From assembly GCF_018350175.1 (NCBI RefSeq), contig NC_058368.1:19346001-19410000 (forward strand): a stretch of DNA of 64,000 nucleotides, read 5' to 3'. This stretch comes from Felis catus. Lineage: Eukaryota. Positions 49,321 through 62,596 of this stretch are shown piece after piece. The position numbers and the translations under genes were made by a program. The first letter of the stretch is position 1. Each line of letters starts with the position of its first letter. The notes under the pieces were generated by a model that was given only the letters and a program-made list of their open reading frames with translations, was not told the DNA's origin and searched no databases.

Positions 49321-51791
49321 TCCCATTTCTGGCCATTTGCAAATCACTTTTACTAGTTTTTGATTGGGAGAGGCATGCAAAGGGACTTTGTGACGCTCAG
49401 AGTATACACAGGTCTTTTACCGAAATATGGGTGTTAATATTGAGTAATGGGCAAATATGGGCAGAAAGGACCAAATAAATGCTGGTTTTCAGTTAAGAAA
49501 AATCAGTGGTTGCCCTTCCTCATCGGTTACTGTCCATTACATAAAATAAAGACCCTGAAGAATAAAAGAATAGGAACATGGGAAAACTTGGCCTCCTTGT
49601 TAAATCGGGCAGTACCAAGAGTCAATAGAATATGGCAAAGAACTTCTTTTCTTTCGGATCCCTGAATATACTGAAAACCTGACTGTTCCTGAAAAGAATT
49701 GGTTTTGAACACAATGCATCTAAGTTGGTCAATACAGAAATTTCTAGAGTTTCCTGGCCCTTCTATGACACGCATGAAAACAAATGGCATTTTACAGGTC
49801 CCTGTACTATGTAGGTTTTGGTTTGTGAGTTTTGCTTTACCTACGTTGCTCTCCGTGCCTCATAATTCTTTGTGGTGTGATTTTAAAACAAAAACAAAAC
49901 TACAAGTAAGCTTTCTAAAAGCTAAGGTAATTCATTCTAGTGAGTTTTTTTTTCCTACAGTGAAAAAAAATTGCATCATCTTTCTAAAATTGTAATAATA
50001 ATAATAATAACTGCCATTTATCCAGGGTCTCCTCTGTACCAGGCTGAGTGTTAGGAACTTTGTATTCTTTCTCCTTTACCTGTGATCCATCCAGCTAGCT
50101 GCTTCATTCTAGAAATAACAGAAAGGGACACTGAAGTTCAAAGGCTCTGTGTATCTCTTCTTCTTCTTCTTTTTTTAATGTTTCTTTAATTTTGAGAGAG
50201 AGAGAGAGACGGAGCGAGCAAGGGAGGGGCAGAGAGAGAGGGAGGGGCATAGCGGGAGGGAGACACAGAATCTGAAACTGGCTGACAGCTCAACACAGAG
50301 CCCCACTCGGGGCTCGAACTCACCAGCCGAGAGATCTTGACCTAAATCAGAGGCTTAACTGACTGAGCCACCCAGCTGCCCCACTACTTATCTTTTTTAA
50401 TCCCAGGCATCTCCAACTCAACATGTCCTAAAATGAACATGTCTCCCTTCACCATGCCTTTCCCTGCCCCTGCCACACTCTCACTGCCAGAAACACACAC
50501 ACAGACACACACACGTACACACAGCACCACCACCACCATTGTGGTTTTCCTTTCTTTCAAGGAATGATGTCATTCACCCGGTTTATACCAGAAACCTGGG
50601 AGTCTACCTTGTCCCCTTCTCCCAGCTTGTTCCCCATAAATGTATTGCTAAAACCCTTGCCAATTCTTTCTACATATTTCCTTCTTGTTTCTTCATCGCC
50701 ATTGCCACCACCCTCTTCTACTCCATCATCATTTTTTTGCCTTTTTTATTGTTGGAGTCCCACTCCAGCCCTCAGGCCCCCTCCCCTCTGCGATCCATTC
50801 GCTCTGCAGCCAGAGTGAGTGAGTTTTCTAATATGCTCTCTTGATTAAAATCCTTCAGAGACAGCACATTCATTACCCCAAAGAGAAAATCCAGCCACCT
50901 GAGCTTGACGTACAGTAGCTTTCATACAAGGCCCTGTCTGCCTCACCAGCCTGTTACAGTTCTTTCACTTCCTTGAACTGAACAGTCTCTTTTGCTCTTA
51001 ACATATGCCAGCCCCTCTGCCTACATCACTCTTCTCTCTTTTCCTGGCCAACTTCCATTCGTCCTTCAGACTTCAGTTAAATACCATTTTCCTAACTCCT
51101 CTGGATATTTCTGCCGTGTGCCAGCATAACTCTGTGAGACTCACCACCCTGCATTTGTTGAGGTCGGAGGTCTCTGCTTTGGGGCACGTGCGATGGCAGG
51201 GACCATGAGAGATCAAAGTGCAGTGCTGTAAAACTGCATCTAGCACTGAAGTATACAAACCACACTTGACCCTTGAACAACATGAGTTTGAACTGCTCAA
51301 GTTCACTTATGTATGGATGTTTTGATAAATGCAGTACAGTTCTGTAAATGTATTTTTAAAGTTTATTTATTTATTTAGAGAGAGAGCAAGCGTGATTGAA
51401 GGAGGAACAGAGAGAGAGGGAGAGAGAGAATCCCAAGCATGCTGTCGGTGTGGAGCCCAGTGTGGGGCTCCATGCAGGGCTCGAACACAGGAACTGTGAG
51501 ATCATGACTGGAACCGAAATCAAGTTGCTTAGCTGCCTGAGCCACCCAGGTGCCCCTGTAAATGGGGTTTTTATTCGGGATTATAAAAGCTGGCGTGAGT
51601 GTTCAGTGTCTACCTGTTCAACGGTAGACAAGGAATAAATTGCTGTTGTCCTATTAGGGTGATTAGAGCTACTTTGAATTGATTCTGCCTTTTGAAAATA
51701 CATTTAATTGTCAAAATTTCTGTTTTTGAATACAGGTTGGGAGAGGCTGTGGTGACTGTGCGAGTGGAGGAGGGCTGTGGGGTGCCCCAGC

Positions 51792-51908
51792 ATGGATGGC
51801 TACTTGGTCCTAAGAGTAATTGGAGAGGGCTCCTTCGGCAGAGCCCTTTTGGTTCAGCAAGAGAACAGTAATCAGATGTTTGCCATGAAGGAAATAAGGC
51901 TTCCCAAG
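51792..51908 (+). CDS. NEK3: NEK3 first coding exon (exon begins at 51736)
   Basis: CAGCATGG start; [39 protein letters not shown]|gtac. Confidence 0.95.
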
Positions 51909-53108
51909 GTACCTCCTGAAGCAATTAGCTCATGTCGAAAGTGTACATGCAATTTGGCCAGGGAAATAAGTTCTTGAGATTTAACATGGAATTGCTTTTG
52001 TGAGCAAAAGATGTAATGAGTTTATTCATTAGCTTTACAAGGTCTTGATATATCATATATATCATATATATATGATATATACATATATATATATTTGTTT
52101 AAGTTGCATTTACTTAATACAACTTATTAAATGTCTACACCCAATGCGGGGCTCAAACTCATGACCCCAAGATCAAGCGTCAGATGCTCTTTTGACTGAG
52201 CCAGCATGTCTTGATATATTTTATATGAATTTTTGGATATTGTAATTAACAATAAGGGAGAAAAATAGTCCAGGAGGCGATTGCTGTTGCTTTTATCTCA
52301 AGGAATAATTTGTAAAAATTTCCAATTTTGCGTACCTAAGAGGGTAAGAATCTTTGCCAACAGCAGCTCAGGTGTCATATTAATGAAAATGGAGCATAAA
52401 AATGCCACGAAGAGCAAAAACCTAAAGTGCCAACCTTTGGTCTCAGGGAACATATTCTGTGGCTCAGTTTTGGGTTTTATTTCCTTGTAAGATGAGGAAG
52501 GTGCTGACTTATCAGTGTTTATCATAGTTGTCATAGAAACAATGTGTCATAGAAAAGAATGTACCATGGAGGCAGCTTGATAATGTCTTGATCAAGTTTT
52601 TAAAAATACATTTTAATAAAATTCTCAGAATTGTATTTCCCCACTGCATTCTTGACCTCATTTAGTGATTCTCAGCTGGGCTTCAGAGTCATCTGGAGGT
52701 GAAAACACAGATGGCTGCCCCCCCCTTCTGGTTGAGTAGGTCCAGGTGGGCCTGTGAATTTGCATTTTTAAGGAGTTCCCAGATGGTGGCGGTGCTGCTC
52801 TGAGAACCCTTATGCTAGTATGTAGTCAATGGCAGTTTCTTAATTGAAAGATAAGTCATTCAGGATTTTGTCCTCGGAGAATAAGTGAGGGGACAAACAG
52901 CTTTGGAAGCTTCTTTTGTAAATCATCTCCTTCCATCCTTACCACAGTAACACATCAGTCTCCTTTTTCATCTGGGCCAGTGGTCTGGAAACGTAATGCA
53001 GACAGTAAAACATGACAGCCCCAGATTTTCTTTAAGGATAACTATTGTTAATGGCATTTTGGCTCCCCCAAAAATTTATGCTCAGGCTCATGTTAAAAAA
53101 AATGTTTT

Positions 53109-53451
53109 AGGGGCACCTGGGTGGTTCAGTCAGTTGAGCGTCCGACTTTGGCTCAGGTCATGATCTCACAGTTTGTGGGTTTGAGCCCCACGTTGGGCTC
53201 TGTGCTGCCAGCTTAGAGCCTGGAGCCTGCTTCGGATTCTGTGTCTCCCTCTCTCTCTGCTCCTCCCCCACATGTCTCTCATGTTTTTATTTATTTTTGA
53301 CAGAGAGAGAGAGAGAGACAGAACGAGGGCAAGTCGGGGAGGGGCAGAGAGAGTCAGCATAGAGCCCTAGGAGGACTTGAACCCATCAACTGTGAGGTCA
53401 TGACCTGAGCAGAAGTCAGACCCTTAACCGACGGAGCCACCCAAGCACCCC
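53109..53451. mobile_element. Two fused tail-to-tail SINEs (+ 53109-53280, - 53281-53451)
   Basis: Opposite-orientation SINEC heads at both ends. Confidence 0.85.
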
Positions 53452-53632
53452 TCTTAGACTGTATTAAAACTGGTTTATATTCTATGCTTGTAAGGATATA
53501 AGGGGTCAGCTTAAGCATAATACAGCCATAATTAAAAAAATCACCACATTTTCTCTTAAGAGTTTGATAAACATAAGTTGGGTCAAAGTGCAGTGCTTTA
53601 AAACTGCATCTAGCATTGAAGTATACAAAGCA

Positions 53633-53949
53633 CACCTGACCCTTGAACAACACAGGTTTGAACTGCATGGGTCCACTTATATGAGTATTTTTTTGATAAA
53701 TGCAGTATAGTAGTATAAATGTATTTTTTCTCCCTTGTGATTTTCTTAATAACATTTTCTTTTCTTTAGCTTTATTGTAAGAATACAGTATATAATACAT
53801 AAAACATACAACATGTGTGATAACTGACTGTGCATGTTATTGGCAAGGCTATTAGTAGCTACATTTTTGGGGAGTCACATATCACATGTGGATTTTCAAT
53901 TGCATGGGGGCCATTGCCCCTGACCCCCGTGTGGTTCAGAGGTCAACTG
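53633..53949. mobile_element. Tigger2-like MITE
   Basis: Left end CACCTGACCCTTGAACAAC; right end GTGGTTCAGAGGTCAACTG followed by TA. Confidence 0.75.
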
Positions 53950-54023
53950 TATACTGTATTGTTGCAAAGCTATCTATTTTAAAATGAAGTATTACATTTA
54001 TGCTGTTTAAAATCTTTTTCTAG

Positions 54024-54117
54024 TCTTTCTCTGGTACACGGAATTCTAGGAAGGAGGCTGTTCTGTTAGCCAAAATGAAACACCCCAATATTGTTGCCTT
54101 TAAAGAATCATTTGAAG
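54024..54117 (+). CDS. NEK3: NEK3 coding exon 2
   Basis: ttctag|[37 protein letters not shown] + 1 nt|gtaa. Confidence 0.94.
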
Positions 54118-54204
54118 GTAAATATGAATTCCCCCAAATACATGCAATGTAGAATTTGATTTGTGGCCACCAGGCTTTCCTAAAGAGTCTTCTTTTTGTT
54201 TTAG

Positions 54205-54302
54205 CTGAGGGACACCTGTATATTGTGATGGAGTATTGTGACGGAGGGGACCTCATGCAAAAGATTAAGCATCAGAAAGGAAAATTGTTTCCTGAAGATA
54301 TG
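54205..54302 (+). CDS. NEK3: NEK3 coding exon 3
   Basis: tttag|CTGAGGGA; (A)[32 protein letters not shown]|gtaag. Confidence 0.95.
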
Positions 54303-54817
54303 GTAAGAGACTGACTTATATAGTTTCTCTCAAGGTTTGGAAGCAAACTTTCCTTGTAAAATTTGTAGAAGTTCAAATAAAGGCATTGTACCTGTGATTA
54401 CCTGATACACTTGTTAGATTCACACTTGTTAGAAACAACTCATTTCCATTATCAGTGCTACAGCTTTGTGTTCAAGATCTGGCTTCCTGAGATATCTTTA
54501 GGAAGTTAAATAGATATGTTGATAAAATATCAACATTAAAATTTTTTTCTTTTTTAATTTTAAAGAGGGAGAGTGTAAGCGAGGGAGGGGCAGAGAAAGA
54601 GAGAGAGAGAATCCTTGGCAGGCTCCACACTCATTGCAGAGGCCAACACAGGGCTTGAAGCCACAACCGAAATCAAGACCTGAGCTGAAATCAAGAGTTG
54701 GATGCTCAACAGACTGAGCTCCCCAGGCACCCCTGTTTATAAAATATCAAGGAATAAAACTTATGTGTTTAGAAGAATTTCAAAATTGTCTGATTCATAT
54801 ATTGCCCTATATATTTA

Positions 54818-55046
54818 TTTTTTATTTTTTATTTTTTTTTCAACGTTTTTTATTTATTTTTGGGACAGAGAGAGACAGAGCATGAACGGGGGAGGGGCAG
54901 AGAGAGAGGGAGACACAGAATCGGAAACAGGCTCCAGGCTCTGAGCCATCAGCCCAGAGCCCGACGCGGGGCTCGAACTCACGGACCGCGAGATCGTGAC
55001 CTGGCTGAAGTCGGACGCTTAACCGACTGCGCCACCCAGGCGCCCC
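54818..55046 (-). mobile_element. Young felid SINEC_Fc-type SINE
   Basis: CpG-intact consensus-like copy; perfect TSD TGCCCTATATATTTA at 54803-54817 and 55047-55061. Confidence 0.93.
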
Positions 55047-55466
55047 TGCCCTATATATTTAAAATTCACAATTGTGTTGTATTGAAATTTCAGAAGGTGG
55101 ATGGATTTATTTTGCATTACAGGATCATCCAAAGAATGAAGCATAAATTCCTTTTTCTTGACAGTATATATTCTCACTCTTTTTCCTTTTACAGATTAGC
55201 ACATTCCCTTAAGTCTAGTACTTCCTGCCTTTTTAATGGAAACTTGTGTATTAAATACTATTGAAATGAATTGACTAAGGAAAATATTTAAATAAACAAC
55301 CTTAATGAGATTTAGTTTGATTTAGGGAATAATGCATGTTATGAAAGTATATTGGTATAAATATTTTTCATTTAGAAGTTGTGGTATTAAAAATATGGGT
55401 TCCAGAGAAGGAAGTCAGCCTTGACTTCAAAGGAATGAATCTCCATAGCAAAAAAGAAAAAAAATT

Positions 55467-55706
55467 GGGGCGCATTGGTGGCTCAGTCGGTTAAGCATCT
55501 GACTTCCGCTCGGGTCATGATCTCACAGCTGGTGAGTTTGAGCCCCATGTCAGGCTCTGTGCTGACAGCTCAGAGCCTGGAGCCTGCTTTGGATTCTGTG
55601 TCTCCTTCTCTCTTTCTGTCCTTCCCCCCAGTCTCACTCTGTCTCTCTCTCAAAAATAAACATTTAAAAAACATTTTGTTTTTTAAAAATTAAAAAAAAA
55701 AAAAAA
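55467..55706 (+). mobile_element. Carnivore SINE
   Basis: GGGGCGCATTGGTGGCTCAGTCGG head, CT tract, A tail. Confidence 0.87.
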
Positions 55707-56231
55707 GGAATCAGTTTGACATTTAAACATAGGCTCCCTAGGCACCTGGAAATTCTGAGTACTATTGACTGGGGATTTATGAGCAGAAAATGCTGACCTC
55801 ACAGGATTGTTGACAATAGAATGAAATCCTTTAATGTTAACATATGAGCATTCTGACAAAGTAAATGAAAATCTGACATAATGATTACAAAAAGGAGTAG
55901 TGTATTTATTCCTTAGTGGTGAACTATCTTTATATACATATTTAAGAAATACTTTTATTTGGTTGAATTCAAGAAAACCATAGCGAGAGTTTTATTGAAC
56001 TAAGTTGTTATTTAGATCATACGTAAGATGATGAAACATGGGCTTCATGGTTTTTCTGAATTTCTCCAGGCAACATTGAATCTTAGTTGAACTATGTAAT
56101 TTTTAGGAGTTCTGTATTTACATTATGGAAAACCCAGGTCAACTAAGGCCTAGAGACGATTCTTTGGGATTTGGGGTTAACACAAACCAGTTATTGCCTT
56201 CCTGCAATTATTGCCTCCTTTTTCCTTCCAG

Positions 56232-56315
56232 ATACTTAATTGGTTTACACAAATGTGCCTTGGAGTAAATCACATTCACAAGAAACGCGTGTTACACAGA
56301 GATATCAAGTCCAAG
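56232..56315 (+). CDS. NEK3: NEK3 coding exon 4 (catalytic loop)
   Basis: ttccag|[34 protein letters not shown]|gtaaa. Confidence 0.95.
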
Positions 56316-56887
56316 GTAAATGGAATACCTTGTGGGGCCTAAAAGCAAAAACAGAAACAAAAACTGTTCCACTCAGTCTTTTTTCTGTGTTATTCTGTTT
56401 CCTTCTGGGACATTTTTATTTAGCTTAGAAATATTTGTCATCCTAATATTTATACAAGCCAGATAAGGTACTACCTGAAAAAGATCATTAAATCTCTTTA
56501 GTAGTATATGTTAATATGATCCACACTCTCTTTGCGACTGCTTACTGTGATCATATGATCTCTGATGGAAAATGTTCAAGACCTAGACCAGCCACATGGA
56601 GGCATCATGCTGACACAGGCTCCCAGGCGGTCCCTCAGGCTCTGCTGATACAATCTTAAGCTCACTTGTTTGATTTCTAAGCAGGGATCCTGAATTTCCA
56701 AGCAGGGGAATATGTAGCTGTCAAGAGGGTATCTTGTCCTTTTGTGTTCCACTCAGGGACTCAGCTGTCAGCATCTCTCCCCTTAATCTCTGTCATCAGT
56801 GGGCTTTGAAAGACAGCTTCTCCGGAAATCTCTGCCTTATGTGTGAATGATGGAAGACATAATCTGAGGTCTTCTTTTTTAACGCAG

Positions 56888-56955
56888 AATATCTTCCTCA
56901 CCCAAAATGGAAGAGTAAAACTGGGAGATTTTGGATCTGCCCGTCTTCTCTCCAG
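56888..56955 (+). CDS. NEK3: NEK3 coding exon 5 (DFG)
   Basis: cgcag|[28 protein letters not shown] + 2 nt|gtatg. Confidence 0.95.
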
Positions 56956-57039
56956 GTATGTACTTCTGTTCTGTAGCAATCAAAACCTCCATTCTTCAGG
57001 AATGCTCTATAATCATTCTTTGCCTTTTTATGGTTTCAG

Positions 57040-57126
57040 TCCTATGGCGTTTGCTTGTACATATGTGGGAACACCTTATTATGTGCCCCCAGAAATTTGG
57101 GAAAACATGCCTTATAACAATAAAAG
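57040..57126 (+). CDS. NEK3: NEK3 coding exon 6 (activation loop / PPE)
   Basis: tttcag|[35 protein letters not shown] + 2 nt|gtaag. Confidence 0.95.
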
Positions 57127-59190
57127 GTAAGTAATGTATTTAATTCGATGCAAGCATGACCGCTTGGCGACAGGCACTGCAGCCTTCAAGTGAAGTTTGA
57201 TCTTTAAAATTACATATTTGAAAGCAATGTAGAATGCCCAGGCTTCTAAATGAAAGTCACAGTTTCCCAGCTGTTTTAATCAGAGCTGAAAGGAGCCAAA
57301 GGTAAATGCTGAAGGAAAGGCTAGTCATGTCTAGGGACAGTGTGAATGATAACACTGCTTCTCACACTCTACTGCTCCCACTTTTGAAAATCCCAAGGCA
57401 CAGGTTACAGCTCTGCCCTTTACATCAGAATGTCTGGGGGTGGGAAGCAGGCATCGGTAATTTCCAGGATCCCCAAATGATTCCAATGTGCAGCAGAATT
57501 CGGGGACCACTGGGTTATGTCAATGAGTTAACATTACAGGACTGGATAATGAGCACTTAACCGATAGGTTAATTAAATATAAGGAGAGAATATTAAGGCC
57601 TTATGGTTTAAAAAATAATATTTTTCTGAATACAAATAATACGTGCCCATTGATGGAGTGGATGAGCAGGGAGAATTTTGGCAATAGAGAGATATATAAG
57701 AAAGGATATGACTGTCACTTTTTCCCTGCTATTAATAACATTTTGGTGTTTTTTCCATCCATTCACTTCCCCCCCCAAACCTAGTTTATGTACTCTATTT
57801 GCATCTTGGCTTCCTGCTTTTTTTTTTACTTTACGTTATATCATATTCATTTCACTATGCATTTAAACTCTTCATAAATAGTGTTGTTGATCTAATGATA
57901 TATTTCCAATTTTCAACATCACAAACAGTATTGTAATTAATATACCTGTTGTGCCTAAATATAGGTCATTATTTTCTACACATTCCTGGCATGAATTCCT
58001 AGAAGTAGAAACACCTCGAGGCTCTTGTTACCTTTTGTCGAGTTGATTTCTGGAAAGGCATGATAATCCATACTGAATAGGTTCCTTTAAGAGTAAAATT
58101 GAGTGAATTGGGAATAGAACAGCTGTCCAGGAACTTATGGGGACAATTGGGGAAATTGGAGTTTGGACAAATATTCAATAATAGTACTGAATTAAGGTTA
58201 CATTTCTTGGACGTGATCATGGTTTTGTGTTTATGAGGGAGAGTGTTCCTTGTTCTTAGGAGATACATGCCGACATGTTTAGGGGTGAAGGCTTTGCTGT
58301 CTGCAGTCTTTTTTATAAGAGGTTCAGATTTATATGGAAGAGGGTAATAGCCTGCAAACGTGGCAAATGTTAACATTGGGGAGTCTAAGAAAGAGCATGC
58401 GGGCATTTACTTTTCTGTAGGTTTGAAATTAAAAAAAATAAAAAGTTGGGGGAAACGGTTACTTAAAGCCATTAGTTAAAATGCAAAGAACATCACATAG
58501 AAAAGGTCTGGGGCATGGCAACCAGGCGGTGAGAGCGATGGAGGAAAAGGGGATGCTTCGTATGCAGAAGGGTGGGCGTGTGGAGCCAACTAGAGAAGTC
58601 AGTTTTCTGATTTTTGAAGAACTGTTTTGTGGAGGGATGAGTAGGCTTATTCTCTTTGTTTAGGTATGTGGAGCTAACACGGGGTGGTGAGGGTTCCCAA
58701 GAGACACATTTTAGCTTCTGATAAGGAAGACGGCCAGCCCACAGAGCCAGCCAGCAGGGGCGTGGGCCCCACCCGAGGTTGAGCGCTGTTCATCAGGGCC
58801 TGGGGCTGTACACAGGTCTGAGTGGGAGCTGCACTGCATGACTTCTAAAGTCCTTCCAACTATGCTAGTCTGAGTCCACAGATACACCCTCTTGTACCAC
58901 ATGCTGCTGAAATCATACCGGAACCACCCTGATTTGGGAGGGTAGGGGCTGGGGAACAGAGAGTTGTATTGTGAACATTCCTGTTAGTAAATATCTAAGT
59001 GTGAGACCAAACTTACCGAATGGTTTATTTTATTTTTTTTATTATTTTGTCATATGTTTTATTGTAATAGCTAGGAATTACTTATGACACCTATTCTTAT
59101 TAAAGGTAATGTTTCATTTTTTTTTTTATATATATTCCACATATTCACTCATAACCCATTTGTCATTACGTTGCTTCTTTATGCTTCCAG

Positions 59191-59245
59191 TGACATCTGG
59201 TCCTTGGGATGCATTCTGTATGAACTCTGTACCCTTAAGCATCCA
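59191..59245 (+). CDS. NEK3: NEK3 coding exon 7
   Basis: ttccag|TGACATC; DIWSLGCILYELCTLKHP|gtaag. Confidence 0.95.
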
Positions 59246-59348
59246 GTAAGTATGGTGTGCAAAATGGAAAAGGCAGCCTCTTGTCATGTCTGGCTATGTC
59301 CTCAGGAATGTACCAGATTCCACTTGGCAGTTGGCTTTCCTGGGTTAA

Positions 59349-59727
59349 TGTAGGAGTGCTGACCGCATAGACTCCATCTTTGGCCTTCCGTCTTGTTCTC
59401 CCCTCTGGCTCACAGCTGGCACCACTTTAGATAACTGCCTTGTGGCCTCACCACCATGCCCCTCACTCCATAAAAGCTTGGGGTTAAGGTCAGCATAGCT
59501 GGGGAGAAGGGGTGAAGAATGGGGACAGAGAATAGTTGTGTAGTGCCTGGATCCGCCTCCTGCCTCACCCGCCCGCCCATCGCCCCCGTCTGTAAGTTAC
59601 CCCGCATAAAACTCGGTGTAAATGGTACCGAGTGACTTGCTTCGTTTTTCAGTACTAAAGTACCTTGTCAGTCTGGAGGATACATTACTGACCCTCCTCC
59701 AGCTTCTCGCGGATGAATTCATCCACA
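59349..59727 (+). mobile_element. Possible ERV1-type LTR remnant
   Basis: TG...CA-bounded GC-richer block with TATA-like and CATAAA motifs; no clean TSD found. Confidence 0.35.
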
Positions 59728-62087
59728 AGTTTTCATTCCATTGGTATCACCTTTGCCTTGAGCCCCTTTTGTAGCATATACTAACAGGAAATTTCCAAGA
59801 TTTAGTTTTTGTAGTTGTATATTTGGCTTGCCTGCTTGACTGCCTTCTTTCCTTCCTTCCCTCCTTCTCTTCTTCCCTTTTTCCGCTATTCTCAATTTTT
59901 TTTATGTTGGTAAAATATATATAACATAAAATTTACCATGTTAACCATTTTAGGTGGCACCGATTACTTCACAATATTGTGCAGTCATTACTACTACCTA
60001 TCTGCAGAACTTTTCCATGGCTCCAAACAGGAAACTCCGTACCCATTAAACGATAACTTCTCATCCCTGTCCCTCCCCGCCAGCCCCTGGTGACCTTTAA
60101 TCCACCTTTTGTCTCTGTAAATTTGCATATTCCAGATATTTCATGTTAAGTGGTATTACACAGTACTTTTCCTTTTGGGTCAGAATTTCATACCTTTCTG
60201 TACTGAATATTCCATTGTGTGTTTATACCACGTTTTGTTTATCCATTTATCTGTTGTTGGACGTTTGGGTTATTTTCACCTTTTGGCTATTGTGGAAAAA
60301 AATATTTTTATATTTATTTTTTCAAGATATTTTAAGAAATAATGTAGCAAAGAAGAGGTTAGATGACTTGCCCTGCTTATTGAACACTTATTTATTAACA
60401 CAGAACTAACAATACCAGTCCCTGTTAGGTCTTAGCCTTGCGTAGTAATAAATTCTGTTCTTGGGGCACAGATTGAAACTTGGCTCTAACCAAGCATTTT
60501 TTTAATTTTCAATGTTTAAAATTTTAATTGAAATATGGTTGACATAGAGTCTTATATTAGTTTCAGGTGTACAACATAGTGATTCAACTGTTCTATGCAA
60601 TGGAAAATGCTCACCGTAAGTGTAGTTACCCTGTGTCATCACACAAAGTTATTACAATATTATCGGCTATATGCCCCATGCTGTACTCTTCATCCCTGTG
60701 ACTTATTTATTTCATACTTGGAAGTCTGTGCCTCTTAATCCCCTTCACCTATTTCACCCATCCCCATCCCCCTCTACCAAGCATCTTTACAGACGTGCTT
60801 GAGAACATATGAGAGTGAATGAAGGAGAAAAAGCCTTCACCACCATTAGGTGAAAGGAACTCACAGTGAAGGCACATGAGGTTAAGAGGCTGTCTTCCTT
60901 GAATATGTGTGGTTTATAACGCCAGCTGCATGATTAGAACAATTTGGGAAACCTTAAAAAATGGTGATGTCTGGGCCTATGCCAGACTAATCGAATTAAA
61001 ATCCCTGATTGTGTCTTGGATGGTAGTGGTTCTAAAACAGATAATTCTAATGTGTAGCTCAAGTGGAAAACCACTGTTGTATACAAATAATTTTTAAAAT
61101 TCCAGTATCTTATTTAGGATTATATTATTTATTCCCCTGATTTTGTCTTTTTTTTTTTTTTGTAGACTTTCATATACCTGTTCGTATTTTTTTCTAGCAA
61201 GAATAAGAATTCAGGAGTGTAGGGCCTCGATGTTCGGCACACCGTCTGTTCTCTCATCTGCTTTGAGGCAAAAGTAGCTCTCCAACCTTTAGGAAATGCA
61301 GAAACCTGGTGTAATGGTTCCAAGGCAGATTCACACTTATGTTTCACTACCTGAATTTTTCTCTTGTAATATGTTGATTTTTTTCCTTTTTCATATCTTC
61401 ACCTGTCTATTTCATCCATAGGGTAACGCCCTTCCAAGGCAGAAGGCCAACATGTTCTTACTTGAGTATTACCGGGGCTAACCAACATCTAATCTTCATT
61501 CCAGTGTCTATTATGCAGTAGAGACTTTTTTAATGTTATTCTGGCATGTCATTTTGTATCCCATTCTATTGCTTATCAAAATTTAATAGCTACTTTGATG
61601 ACATGAAAGGTAAAAGAGATTTGGCAGTAGAGGTCTAAAGCTGGAAAAGTCTGGAGTATGCATCACAGGGGGGGTAGACCTGGGAGATTTTGAGGTTCAA
61701 AGGGATGTTACACTTATAATAAGGCTGTGAGTACCGTTGAGTTCTTAAAAAGCTACATGTATGTGTCACTTTGATTTTTAAAATATGTTAAAAATGTGTA
61801 TCTGCAAACACATTGATTATGAGTGAGAGCGTACCCAAAGCTGGCACTGATGCTAAGACTTTCTCTAGATGGGGAAGCTTTGCACTATTTATGCTTACCT
61901 TTCTTCTGAACCCAACATAAGATTTCGAATAGTACCTTAAGGAACCCCCTCCCCCAGGAAGAAAAATGACCAGGCAGCAGATACATTTATAAAATTAAAA
62001 TGATTCATGAGAATTCAGTTGAGCTGGTAATTTCTTACTTCTCCTCTTCCCTCGTATCTGCTCTCATAGTTCGGTTTTACCTTTTAG

Positions 62088-62288
62088 TTTCAGGCAAATA
62101 GCTGGAAAAGTCTTATTCTCAAAATATGTCAGGGGTCCCTGAGGCCACTGCCATCTCAGTACTCCTGTGAGCTGCAGCATCTGATCAAGCAGATGTTTAA
62201 GAGGAACCCCTCACATCGCCCTTCTGCTACAACACTTCTCTCTAGAAGTTCCTTGGCTCGACTTGTCCGCCAGTGCTTACCCCCAGAG
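62088..62288 (+). CDS. NEK3: NEK3 coding exon 8
   Basis: ttttag|[73 protein letters not shown]|gtatg. Confidence 0.94.
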
Positions 62289-62596
62289 GTATGATACGTG
62301 TTGGATCCGCCGTGAGCAGTTTTCGAGTGTGGTAAAATGATTCGTTATCTTTTAAACCCTGACGTGTTGTACATGCTTATAAAGATGCAAATAATGCAGA
62401 ACTGTATTAAAAAAATACACACTTCCTTTCCTTTCTTCTCTCCCTTCCGCAATGCTATTCCCTGAGAATAATCACAGAATCTGTCTGTGTAAGCTTTCAG
62501 ATATTTTTCTAGACCTATAGAAACATCTACTTGTGTGCCTAAATGATATGTATTTTCTAAATGGCATTTTTACTTCCCTTTTTTCAATTAGAAAAG

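Noticed and set aside
48769..49356. 195-, 162- and 162-aa ORFs
   Set aside because: CpG-island artefacts of the NEK3 promoter with low-complexity Arg/Pro/Gly/Ala translations.
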